A DNA stretch of 63,439 bases, counting the filler, from Reticulomyxa filosa (taxonomy: Eukaryota; Protista; Foraminifera), in assembly GCA_000512085.1 (NCBI GenBank). It is 24 parts of 24 records of this genome, joined end to end, with 100 filler letters (N's around TTAATTAATTAA, not from the genome) between each part and the next. Parts side by side here need not be neighbours in the genome. Positions count along the whole stretch, not along the records: positions 23,697 to 27,211 come from ASPP01005185.1; positions 27,312 to 32,412 come from ASPP01011936.1; positions 32,513 to 33,549 come from ASPP01003712.1; positions 33,650 to 35,852 come from ASPP01039408.1; 20 more parts are not named here. One strand, written 5' to 3'. Shown here piece after piece: positions 24,479 through 35,952 of this stretch. A model generated the notes under the pieces. The model saw only the letters and a program-made list of their open reading frames with translations. It was not told where the DNA came from and ran no database searches. How positions within the stretch are numbered: the first letter of the stretch is position 1; every line of letters begins with the position of its first letter. A program made the position numbers and the translations under genes.

Positions 24479-25619
24479 TATAATGTCACAGATATCATTA
24501 TTTGCCAGAGCACATGTGTTTCACATTTTGGTTGGATTGATACGCATGGAACCGGGTATTTCTGCGGCGGCAAAAGAGACACGAAATGCATGCAGACAGA
24601 GCATCAATGCAATGTTTTGCGTGATGAATGAGCGAATGCGCAATTTGCTGGAACATTCGCAATTGCCGGTGTCACACTTTACGGAAAATGATCATTACAA
24701 ACTCGATTACATGGACGGCACGTCCAATGGCAATGGCGATCCCTTCTTTGCCGAACTGCGCCATGCCGGACATTATCGAAACAACCAAACGATTCTGGTC
24801 ATTGGAGATGGGAACTTATCTTTTGGTAGAGCGCTCTGCCGCAAGTTTGGCGCTTGGAACTGTATGAAGAATTTGGAGGCTCGAAAGCGTAGTGTGATGG
24901 GCGGGTTCCCATCTTTGCTGGAATGTGGCGCGCGCAACGTGTTGGTGACGTGCTATGAAACGGCCATGGAACTGCTGCACCGCTATCCGCATTCCATCTC
25001 TGTTGTTACCGAAATCGAAGAGCGTGGGGGCATGGTGTTATATGGTGTGGACGCAACCAATATCCCTGACACGTTGGGAAAGTCTTTTCATTTCCATGGG
25101 CTTGATCGGCGCCCTTATAAGTTGTTTGAAGGCACGGAAATTCGCAGCTTTCGATGGGACCTCATCGTGTGGAATTTCCCACATGCTATGAATGAAAATA
25201 TGAATCCTGAAGTTAATGGCAAGTTGGTCGAAGATTTTTTAAAAAGCTGCTTCACTATCCTTGCCGCTTCCGGAGAAATTCATGTCACTTTGCATTTGGA
25301 TAATTATAAAGGTCATTCATTTCATTACCAAAAAAAAAAAAAAAAAAAAGGGGTCTTTTTTATTCTCATCTTCGAATAATTATAACATGCCCACGTAATT
25401 TTTATAGATGTCTCAGGACAAGTAATAAGCTTGAAAAAACAATATGATGCATGGCAAATCGAAATGCGGGCAAGAAGTGTTGGACTGTATAAAATTAGAG
25501 AAATCCCTTTGAAACCGAGAGATTTTCCTGGCTATGCTATCAAAAATGTCGCTGGCAGACCGTTTAACATTGTTCAAGCTTTCACTTATGTCTTCAAAAA
25601 AATAATACCCAATCAATAA
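23697..25619 (+). CDS. BMT5-like (DUF2431) rRNA uridine-N3 methyltransferase domain protein with long N-terminal extension (5' partial)
   Basis: ILVIGDGNLSFGRAL, VLYGVDATN, DLIVWNFPH, GEIHVTL, YDAWQI and FPGY. Introns 24352-24491 and 25312-25416. Confidence 0.85.
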
Positions 25620-25934
25620 AGCAATGTTTTTTTTTCCTTTTTCTTGCTTTGTCTAATTGTGTTCATTGTTGTGGAAATGATATTCAAATATGTTTTCGTT
25701 ATTTTGATGCATTGTTTTGAGGGGTTTTTTTTGCTGTTTTTTTCCCCATTTTTTTCTTAGTTTAATGATCCTGAAAGACGCCAGTTTTTGTTTTGATTTA
25801 ATTCCTTGTGAAGCCCGTCAATTGAGAAGATAATCAAAACATACAATTTGTCAAGTGCACATTCAATTGTTCAAAAATGCTTCACATTTTTTTAAAAAGT
25901 TCTCCCCCCTTTTTTTTTTGACCAATTTTTTATA

Positions 25935-27172
25935 ATGGCAAGCACGTCCATAAGTTCAATAAAATCTACCGACCCACAGATAGTACCGATCAAAGCAGAG
26001 TTTGTTGATATGTGTTTGTTTTTTTTTTTTGAAGTTCAGAAAAGTGTATGAAACGTTAGGTACTTGGTAAAAGTAGAAGAAAAGAAAAAACAAGAAGAAA
26101 CGAATGCAGAAGAACCACCAAAAAAAAAAAGTACGAGCGAGGACAAAATAAAGGCCGGAAAAAATCGAACAAAATGAGAGTTGACAAGAAAACACTTTGC
26201 CTACGTGTAAGTAAAGGAGGGGAGTGTCTATACGGCGAAACATGTAAATTCTCTCATGACATCAAAACCTACCTTGAAACGAGAGAGGCAGATCTAAGTG
26301 GTCCTTGTCCATTTTTCGAACTAACGGGAAAGTATGTTTTTCATATCCACATATAATGTACATATACTCGTATATATCCAAATATAAATATCCAAAATTT
26401 TTTAAAAAAAAAAAGAAACAAATATATGTAATGTATTTATGTGTGTGTATGACCAATGACGAAAAGGTGCCCGTATGGATTTTTTTGTCGATTTGTGAAT
26501 TGCCATATGACCAGTGACATGACTTTGGTGACAAAGTCGCCGTCGTCAACAATGGGAACATTCACCGTAGAAAATGCGTTAAACGAGTCCATGTTGAAAC
26601 AGTTAATGGAATGGAAAAAGCAAAAAAGAAAAGAGGCCAGCGAGTTTCCCAGAGCGGACAAGATAATCCAAGCCTTCACTGAATTTGATTGTGTATTCAA
26701 TCAAGGCAATTGGGCCATGGACAAATGGGAGGCATGGAACAAAAAAGACAGTGTATTGAAATCGGAAATTGCGTTATCTGACCAAGTTTTTATGGTGTTG
26801 AAGCCTCCACAAATCGAAATAGCAAACAAAGAACCAAAACAGAACAAAGAACAAGATCAGAACAACAAAGAACAAGACCAAAACAGCAAAGAGCAAGAAA
26901 AAGGAGATGAAGGAAAAGAACCTAAAAAAGAGGCCGAAGGAAAAGAAGAAGAGGAAGGAGAAGGGAAAAAAAAAGCCAAAGTGAATTCCAAAAAAAAAAA
27001 AAAAACAAGACTCCCTTCCACGTATGCTAATGAGTTGGAATTATTTCCTTTTGAAAGGAGACCTTTGAACTTTGAAAACAAACTCTACTTGGCACCTTTA
27101 ACCACGGTGGGAAATCTGCCTTTTCGAAGAATTTGCAAAGGTTAAATCGCTTGAATGCATTCTTTGTTTATG

Positions 27173-27211
<39 letters not shown>
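25935..27211 (+). CDS. DUS3: tRNA-dihydrouridine(47) synthase (3' partial)
   Basis: [12 protein letters not shown], two CCCH fingers (C...C.YG..CKFSH; CPFF..GKCPYG..CRF..H) and [20 protein letters not shown]. Apparent frameshift in the A-run near 26120-26130. Confidence 0.92.
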
Positions 27212-27362
27212 NNNNNNNNNNNNNNNNNNNNNNNNNNNNNNNNNNNNNNNNNNNNTTAATTAATTAANNNNNNNNNNNNNNNNNNNNNNNNNNNNNNNNN
27301 NNNNNNNNNNNAAAAAAAAAAAAAAAAAAAAATATTAAATACATCAAATTGCAATTGTAAAG

Positions 27363-28110
27363 GTGATATTCGACGCATATTGCCCCATCAAACATGGTCT
27401 GTTCGTTATTTCTTCCAATGGATTTATTTGCCAATCTTGTATTGCGCGTATGCGTTCAAGTATCGTGTTCAAGATATTACACAATTTTGGTGTTTACACA
27501 TGAATGGCAACATACGTGTCAACCCACGATTTCGGGGTACTGAATCGTTCGTTCTCCAACTGTTAGGCAAGGTGTTATGGCTGTGGCGATGCGTATACGT
27601 ACCTTTGTTCGTTTGGAATAATCGATTTTGGGATGAATTCCTTCCCTTGTTTTTAACAATTGAGTTGGTCAGTGGTTATTATTTGACCTGGAATTTCCAA
27701 GTCTCGCATGTCACCACTGGGGTATGTTTTATTGTTGTAAGTATATGAATAATTTAAATTTTTTTTTTTTTTTGAAAAAGATGGAATGGCCTCTTCCAGT
27801 CCGAGACTCGAAAACAGGAGAATTAATGATTTCGATGGAATGGGCGAAAGCTCAAATTGAAACATCTATGGATTATTCCCATGGGTCTTTTTTTATGACT
27901 TATTTGTCTGGTGCTCTCAATTATCAAACCATTCATCATTTATTTCCTTGTGTCAGTCAGTATTACTACCCAGACATTGCCCACATTGTTAAGGATACTT
28001 GTAAAGAATTCAATATTAAATTCAATCATGTCGATAGCTTTCGCGATGCATTTGTCATGCACTTGAAGCAGTTGTACGACATGGGCCTAAACCCCCATAA
28101 ACATCACTAA
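27363..28110 (+). CDS. Front-end fatty acid desaturase (delta-5-like), C-terminal part
   Basis: DIRRI, WNFQVSHV, WAKAQIETSMDY and the third His box GALNYQTIHHLFP (QxxHH). Intron 27722-27780. Confidence 0.92.
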
Positions 28111-28761
28111 CCTACAATATCATCCCATTCTTTCGAAAGGGTTTAGTAGTACATATTTTTGGTTGTTATATATTTCTTTTTTTTCTTCGTTATTCTGGAT
28201 TAAGAAAAGTTTGAAATATCAGGAGGGGAGGAGGGCAATCTTGATGTGGATTTGCACAAAATGCATTTTGTGAATTAATATCAAATTCGTTTTAAATATT
28301 TGTTCAAACAAATCAAATCATATTTTTTGATCCTGCAATTTCTCCGACGGAACACATAATAAAAAGAAAGCATTGTCATAGTGTCAATTTTAAAGTAAAC
28401 ATTGCTCTCAAAAATTCCTTCACGTTAACAACACGAAGAAGACAACAGACGTGTAATCGCCCCTTGCCATTACGAAAATCTGTTGCTAGTTCACTAAAAT
28501 GTAAAAAGCTGCTTTGTGCCTCGAGCAACTATTTTGTGTTTTTCATTCTTTTAAATATGTCAACAAAAGAGGAGACGTGTAAAAATTTTGAAAGCGTAAG
28601 AGATGCTTCAGTTTCAATGTTGTCAGATTCCAAAAAGAAATATCGCATAAATTGCAAAAAACGAGTTAATTTGCGTCAACATTCTCTCACAAGATAATAA
28701 AAGCTTCTTTTTTTTCCTCATAAAATTGATTCAACTTGTTCTATCCGCATAAAATATTAAA

Positions 28762-31310
28762 ATGTTGAAATCACAAGAATCATGTTTACAATTACAACTC
28801 CAATCAGTAATCGGATTCTCAGGTTTTTTGTACTTTCTTTTGGTACAGGTTTTCTTCATGACTTAGAAACAGAAAAATCTGAACAGGAATAATGAGTGGG
28901 CTACTGTTGCATCCTGACGATCAGACAATTTTTTATGCTTTGGGCTCAACTGTCGTGATCAAACCATTGTTGAAAGATGAGCAATCTTTTTTGCAATGTG
29001 GCAATGGTGAAGGTACTATCTCGTGCATGGCATTGAGTCAGAACGGGCAATACTTAGCAGCTGGCCAAGAAACGCAACCAGGATTTCGGGTACACGTCAT
29101 TCAAATTTTCTTTTTTTTTTTATACGTTCCACTCGAAATAAAAATTATGGACTATTTTGCTAACTTTCCAAAAATAGGCAAGTGTATGGCTGTGGAATTT
29201 GGAGAAAAAGGAGATTGCCCACAGATTTGATATTTTTCAATCAAAGGTGCAAGCAGTGATGTTTTCACCAACCGGCAAATACTTGGCCGCGTTGGGAGAT
29301 GAAAGAAATAACAATTTGGTAATTTTTGATGCTCTGACAGGAAAAGCTCTTTGTGGTAGTCCGGCAGCAAATGAAGTTGCTTTATGTTTGCGATATGCCA
29401 ATCACACGGACGATATTTTAATCACTGCAGGAAAATATAATTTAAGAGTATGGAAAGTTAAGACCAGTAAATGCAACCATTTAGAGATCAGATCTGCTGT
29501 TTTGTAGTGAGTGCTACGCAGCTTACACAATTTGTGGTGTGTTTCTTGTCTTCTGGCAAAAAAAAAACAGTTTAATGAAAAAGAAAAAATTGCAACCAAC
29601 TAACTGTCAGTTGGGACATCTCAAACGGGTTTTTAATTGTATTGCAATTGAAAAAAATGATGACATTGCTTACGTTGGTACCACCAGTGGAGACGTACTT
29701 CAAATTTCTTTGAAAAATGCATTACTTCAAGTTTATTTTTATCTTTTTTAGATTTTTGTTTTAATTCTTTTTGATCTACTTCCACAAAAAAAAACTGTGC
29801 CAGTCACATGGGCCTCCAAATAAACCGTTTTCAATGGGAGTCCACTCCATTTTATTGACTGACGATGGATTGGTCGTTGGTGCTGGCGACGGGAGTGTCG
29901 CTTTGTTAAGAAAAAAACTTTAAGTACTATCAAGTCAATTACTTTAGAAGGAAAAGTGACCTCTCTAGTGCTGAATTTACCAAAAGATCATTTTTTTGTG
30001 GGCACTGACAAAGCTATGATGTACTTGGTGCGTTTGGAAGACTTTGAGTATGAATTAAGGTAAACAAAAAAAAAGGAGTTTACCACCCGTTCCAATAAAA
30101 ACTGCATTGCATTGTCCTTGATTTTTATTATTATTACATAGGAAAAGCTGCCATTATAGCCGAATCAATGATTTATGCTTTCCACATGATTGCAGTCAAT
30201 TGTTTGTGACAGCGAGTACAAATGACATCCGAGTATGGAATGCCAAAAATGGAAATGAATTATTGCGAATCAAAGTACCAAATTTGGAGTGTCATTGTGT
30301 GAAATTGGCTAAAAATGGCTTATCTATCATAAGTGGTATGACTTGAGAAAACAACCATCACGTTTTACTCAAGACACAGCTTTTATGCCTCAAAAAAAAA
30401 AAAAAAAAAGGTTGGAGTGACGGAAAAATACGGGCATTTTATCCAGAGTCTGGTAAGACAATGTTTACAATAGAAAACGCACATAAAGGGAAAGTTACTG
30501 CCTTGGCTTTGTCAAGCGATGGATCGAAGCTCGTTACAGGTGGCACAGACTCTAATGTGCGCGTCTGGAGCATTACTCCGAACAAACAGAGCATGCTAGA
30601 AAGTTTTAAGGAACATCAAAATTCAATATCTTCCATCACAGTTAGCAAAACATTTTTGTAAAAAAAACTCAAAGTAAATAAAGAAAGGATCACAACTAAT
30701 AATTTAAAAATATCGGGGTCAGATGAAAAGTAACGACAGTGAATTTGTAAGTTGTTCATGTGATGGCTCATGTGTGACTTGGGACTTGAAAAAATTGACT
30801 CGTGTCAACGCAATACTTGGCACAACTCAACTTAATGTAGCATGCTATCATCCCGATATGTCACAGCTGCTAACTGCCGGAAGCGATCGTCAAATCAATT
30901 ATTTTGATGCGGCGGATTGCACTTTAATGCGTAGCTTGGAAGGAAGTCAATCTGCACCCGTCAACAGTTTGTCAATTCGATGTGATGGAAATTATATTGT
31001 TTCTGGTGGAGGAGACAGAATGGTTAAGGTAAGTTATACCTTTGCTTTAGCTACTTAGCTCTCTGCTACTCCAACTTTCCACTATATTTCTTTTGTGTGC
31101 AAGTAGCTGTGGCATTACGACGAAGCATCTTTGCAAGCAGTTGGTCGTGGTCACAGCGGTGCAATTACGGCTGTAAAGTTTGCTCCAAATGGAGAATATC
31201 TAGTTTCTGTCGGTGCTGAAGGCGCGATTCTTATATGGAAATTTCCTTCACTTGCCAAGAACAAGGAAAACAAAGAAAACTTAAAAGGGGAGAATGTTGT
31301 TCAAGGTTAA
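28762..31310 (+). CDS. CFAP52: Cilia- and flagella-associated protein 52 (WDR16)
   Basis: LQLQSVIGFSG, GLLLHPD, ALCGSPA, CQLGHLKR, YVGTTSGD, SCHYSRINDLCFP, ELLRIKVPNLECHC, SGWSDGKIRAFYPESG and VSVGAEGAILIWKFP. Full length, multi-exon, with one apparent frameshift at A7 29911-29917. Confidence 0.93.
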
Positions 31311-31822
31311 TTTTAAAATTTTTTATTGCTTTTCTTAATGTTAAAATTTTCATTTGTCCATTGCTCGTTTCCAAAAATATTGATCTTGTCATTTGATCTT
31401 AAATATTAAAATAATGAAGAAGTTGTCAATTGTTTACAAGATTGACTATGACGATTTTATATCTTCTAAAATCACAAACTTGAATTTGTGTAGTAAATTT
31501 CATACATTTAAACAAGACCCCAAACAAAAAAGAAAATAAACTGGTTGCTTTGAGTCCACCAATTTTCGAACATTATTGAAACTTCCCTTCGAAACAATGA
31601 AAAAACAAAGTATGAAGAATTTTAGCTGATTGCAAAAAAAAAAAAATTAAACACCAAGATTTACAGTGACTGGTGACAATTGCACAAAAATGCATTTTAT
31701 CAACATGAAACAAATACAACAGAAAATGTGTTTAACTAGACGTTCCGGATTTTACATTTTTTTTTTTTAATAATAATGACTTTATGTTTTACACGACATT
31801 GATTGTGTCAGTACCTCAAAAC

Positions 31823-32326
31823 TCAGTTTGGTATGTTTGTGTGAGTGTCAACATGCTCATCATGTGGTTGATTGGTGGAGGCGGCGTGATTGGCATTCAT
31901 ATTGTAAACAGCAGCCAGCCCATCGGGCTGAACAGGGACACTGAAAGGTGACACACAAGCGTTCAGAAGCAAAGCTTTACTCCATTGCAAGCCAATCAGT
32001 CCAAGAAACACAAAGATGAAATCCCGAGAGATTGTCGGCGCGATAATATAGCCATCAAAGAGCTCCCAGGCTCCAAGTTGATGTTCCACCTGGGCAAAGA
32101 AAGCTAATAAGGCGCGAACAAAGTATAACACTTGCAATTTCCAGCTGTAATCCTCTTTTCCTCCAGTGAGCACCTTCAGCATCATATCTTCTCTTCGGCT
32201 AGTACGTTGTAACAGCGCACGTTGTGTATCTTCCAGCCAAATGAAACTATTCGCAATAAAAGACCCAGTTGCAACATAGATCAGCAAACCATTGGAGCAT
32301 AAAAACAGCGGCTTGTAAACATCCCG
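31823..32326 (-). CDS. Multi-pass membrane protein, possibly Fuseless-like (5' partial)
   Basis: Hydrophobic helices with LGAWELFDGY followed by SRDFIFVFLGL. A similar RDVY...GL motif upstream suggests an internal repeat. Confidence 0.45.
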   Translation of the reverse strand, partial: RDVYKPLFLCSNGLLIYVATGSFIANSFIWLEDTQRALLQRTSRREDMMLKVLTGGKEDYSWKLQVLYFVRALLAFFAQVEHQLGAWELFDGYIIAPTISRDFIFVFLGLIGLQWSKALLLNACVSPFSVPVQPDGLAAVYNMNANHAASTNQPHDEHVDTHTNIPN

Positions 32327-32512
32327 CTATATATATAATTTGTACATATTTATATATTATACGTATTATATGTATGTTTTTGTGTGGTATGAAGGGGAGA
32401 GAAAAAAAAAAANNNNNNNNNNNNNNNNNNNNNNNNNNNNNNNNNNNNNNNNNNNNTTAATTAATTAANNNNNNNNNNNNNNNNNNNNNNNNNNNNNNNN
32501 NNNNNNNNNNNN

Positions 32513-33549
32513 GATTTGCAAACAAGTCGCCAACAATCCAATGGAAATCAATTGCACTCAACATGAAAACATGGATGAATCATTGATTGTTGGAGAGAAT
32601 TGTTTGAATCAATTCCTTAGTCAAAATCCAAATTCTTGTCCAGTCAAATCTCATAACAACTGTTTGTATTCTCAAAATCGATTGGCGAAACGATACATTA
32701 ATGAATTGGATGTGATATGTCCATTACAATTTCAACAAGGGTATGAAGAAGGAGAAATACCTGGATTTGTCACTTGTAATTTTAAAGGAAAAGTGAAACA
32801 AGTGAATGATCATTTGGAACATTCTTGTTGTTTACAAATGGTTACATGTTGGTTTAAGTCATTTGGATGCAATTACAAATGTTCAAAATCTGCGATTCAT
32901 GATCATTTGACATCAAATATGAAATTTCATTTCGATTTGGTTATCAAATCTATTCGACAATATCAGGTATCATCAATAAATTGATGATTTTAACAAAAAA
33001 TATATATATATATACATATATGATCATTTTGAATAAAAAAAATAAAAATAGGAAGAAATTAAAAAATTAAATTTGGAAAATGAAACACTTAAAGTTGAGT
33101 TACAATTAAAAGATAAAAAAGATGAAGAGATTGCACATTTGAAACAACAATTGAGCCAATTAAACCCTGCTCAGGCTTGTTATATTTTTCTTTTTGTTTT
33201 CATTTGATTCAAAAATATCAAAAGCAAATAATAATAATAATAATAATAATTAAATAGAAAACAACATTCGTTGAGATTGAAAAAAAAAAAAAGATATCGA
33301 ATCAAAAGATAATGAAATTCAAAAAATAAAACAAGAAATGCAAATGAAAGAACAACAAAAAAAATTCGAAGAAAAAAATAAACAAACTAATGACAATAAA
33401 GAAGAACAAAAAGAAAATACTATCAATGACAATTCATCATCATCAATTATTAGCACATCATCCACTTTCAATTTTGAATTGGTACGTTCTTTTAAATTAC
33501 TTAAGACATTCACTGGACATTCAAGCACTGTGTGTAGTATTGATTATTC
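32513..33549 (+). CDS. RING/TRAF-type zinc finger + coiled coil + WD40 protein (partial), member of an expanded foraminiferan family
   Basis: ICKQVANNPMEINC..H...IVGENCL...CPV..H..C, CNFKGK...HLE..C...CWFKSFGC, and a WD start KLLKTFTGHSSTVCSIDYS. Confidence 0.85.
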
Positions 33550-35952
33550 NNNNNNNNNNNNNNNNNNNNNNNNNNNNNNNNNNNNNNNNNNNNTTAATTA
33601 ATTAANNNNNNNNNNNNNNNNNNNNNNNNNNNNNNNNNNNNNNNNNNNNGAACAAAGTAAAAGGTGGAAATATATTAAATGTATCAAATGCAACAACACA
33701 AGTTCAATTGAAAATTCATCCTCTCAAACTTATTGAAAGTGTTACAGAAATAAATCAGGAATGAGTTAGATTTTGTTTTGATACTCATGTGTTTCACTCT
33801 CAAGTGATTCCTTTGTTATCTCCTGTTTCTTGAATTTGAATATTTTTTTAATGAAACACCAAATCTTTTTTTTTGTGGTGTTAATTTATTCAAATTATTG
33901 TATAGTTGGAGTTTTAATTAATTATTTTATTGATGAATGAAATGTTTCATTCGTTTTTGAATTTGGGTGTTAATAAACAATATGATGGAAAATCTTTGTT
34001 AAGATTTCGAATTAATTTATTTGATTAACTATCATGTTCAAGCTCCTGCAATCGAATAGAGAGATGAAGAAACTAGGAAAAGAGGATAATTAACAGTGTG
34101 AAAGTCAAAATCATCGATCAAACAACCAAGGATCAGCAAATATTACTTTATGGCAGTACATAGACAAAGGACAGATAATTATAACAGAACCCAACAAAAC
34201 AACAAACTAAGAAAAGAGAACAAAGTAATGTTTTGAGAACCTTTTGTAATCCCACAAAAGTGTGAGTTTTGAAAAAGGCGCGTGTGCATTTCAGCATAAG
34301 GAAGTAAAGAGAGACGGAGGTGCATGAAAAAAGGCAAAGAGAATATGAGTAAAATTTTTTTCAAATTTTTGAGTTTATAATTTTCAGTTCAAATAGGATG
34401 ATGTAACTTTGTTTTTGTTTGTACAAATATTTTGGATATGTTTTTTTGTAAAAAAAATTATACTGCTTGTTCTAGCGATTGTCCCATGATCGTTAATATA
34501 AAAAGTATTAAATCCAATGTCTGATTGGCCATTGTTGCAAGGATTAGAACAAGAGGTTAATACCACCAACGCAGAAAAGGGTATTGATCAGAGGATAGTC
34601 CTCATATTTCAAAAGAGTACTGTTTTCTCTTCCCTTGTTTATAGCGTCAGCTGCTGACCTTTTTCGCATTAACACTCTTGATTTGTTTGTCTTCCTTTTC
34701 ATTTGCTACACTTGACAAGGGATGAGATTTTTTCAACATTTGTAATAGAACACATGCAGCAAGTTTTCTTATTTTGTTTTAGCTCGTTGGCACCCCTATT
34801 CCCTCTTCAAAACGCAATGATATTGAAATATTTGTTTTTAAATCTTAAAATTATCTTAATCCAAAAAATCCAACGAAACTATCATAAATATAAAATTCTC
34901 TTTTCTTTAAATGAAAATATAAGACCTGTCTTTTTTTTGCGACGTCAAATCTAATTCCGACTAAACGACAAAAATAAATGAATAATTATTGAAAAAAAAT
35001 TTTCTTTTTTTCTTGATATTTGGTCTGTGTATTCTACCATTTGGTTTCTGGTTTTGCTTGTTTGCTTGAACCAGTTCTCCTTTTCAGACTTTTTTCAAAG
35101 ATGCAACAATTGATAAATATGACTGTTTTGGCATTTCTACTTCTAACACATAAAGTATCATTCAATGTCCTCTTGCTTGTCCCTGACTTTTGACACTGTC
35201 CTGAGCCGATCAACTACCGACTAAAGCTCGCAGATGCACTAAATATTGGCAACGATCGTTAAAGCATATTTGAGTTAACAACACATAAGCATCCAGTTTA
35301 ATTGTGTAGCTTTAATTGATCCAATTAGATAAATGCAAAAATCTTGTATTTAGGTTTTTTCAATGTCAGACAACAAATCTCATGATCCATTCATTGTGCA
35401 AGGCTTTTTATTTCTGATTTGATTAATCTTAGGCAAACATGTAGATATTGTAATCAGTCAATTACTGATGTGCACATAGTGGTATTTTTCAATACCTCTT
35501 TTTTTAAACATTTTGTAGGGAGTGCACACACACTTGATCAACATCACGTTTCAAAATTCAGTTTTTGCAATCTATAAATCATTACTTGACCTTCTTCTGG
35601 GGAGTGTGATATGCTGGCTCCATCTTTTACATTTCAAATGGTAAAGTAGCTATCCATTGGAACAGGTTTCTTTTCAGAGAGATCATATTCTATTTGAATA
35701 AGATTAGGGAATTGAGAATAAAATTAGAGACGATTAATTATAAAATCGTGGATAAACAACATTACATGGACAGACTCTTACACAATGTGGTTCTTTTTTA
35801 TCTTGAACTCTAAGTTCATTTCAAAATACATTACAATTAACTCAAATTTGTTNNNNNNNNNNNNNNNNNNNNNNNNNNNNNNNNNNNNNNNNNNNNTTAA
35901 TTAATTAANNNNNNNNNNNNNNNNNNNNNNNNNNNNNNNNNNNNNNNNNNNN

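Noticed and set aside
24365-24482. (TA)n, (TATG)n and (TTTA)n tracts giving YIYI/LFIY peptides
   Set aside because: These are intronic microsatellites and are removed on splicing.
33650-35852. Coding-like relics, including possible Cys/His knuckle traces near 35450-35700 on the minus strand
   Set aside because: Too degraded to assign to a gene or retroelement without a search.
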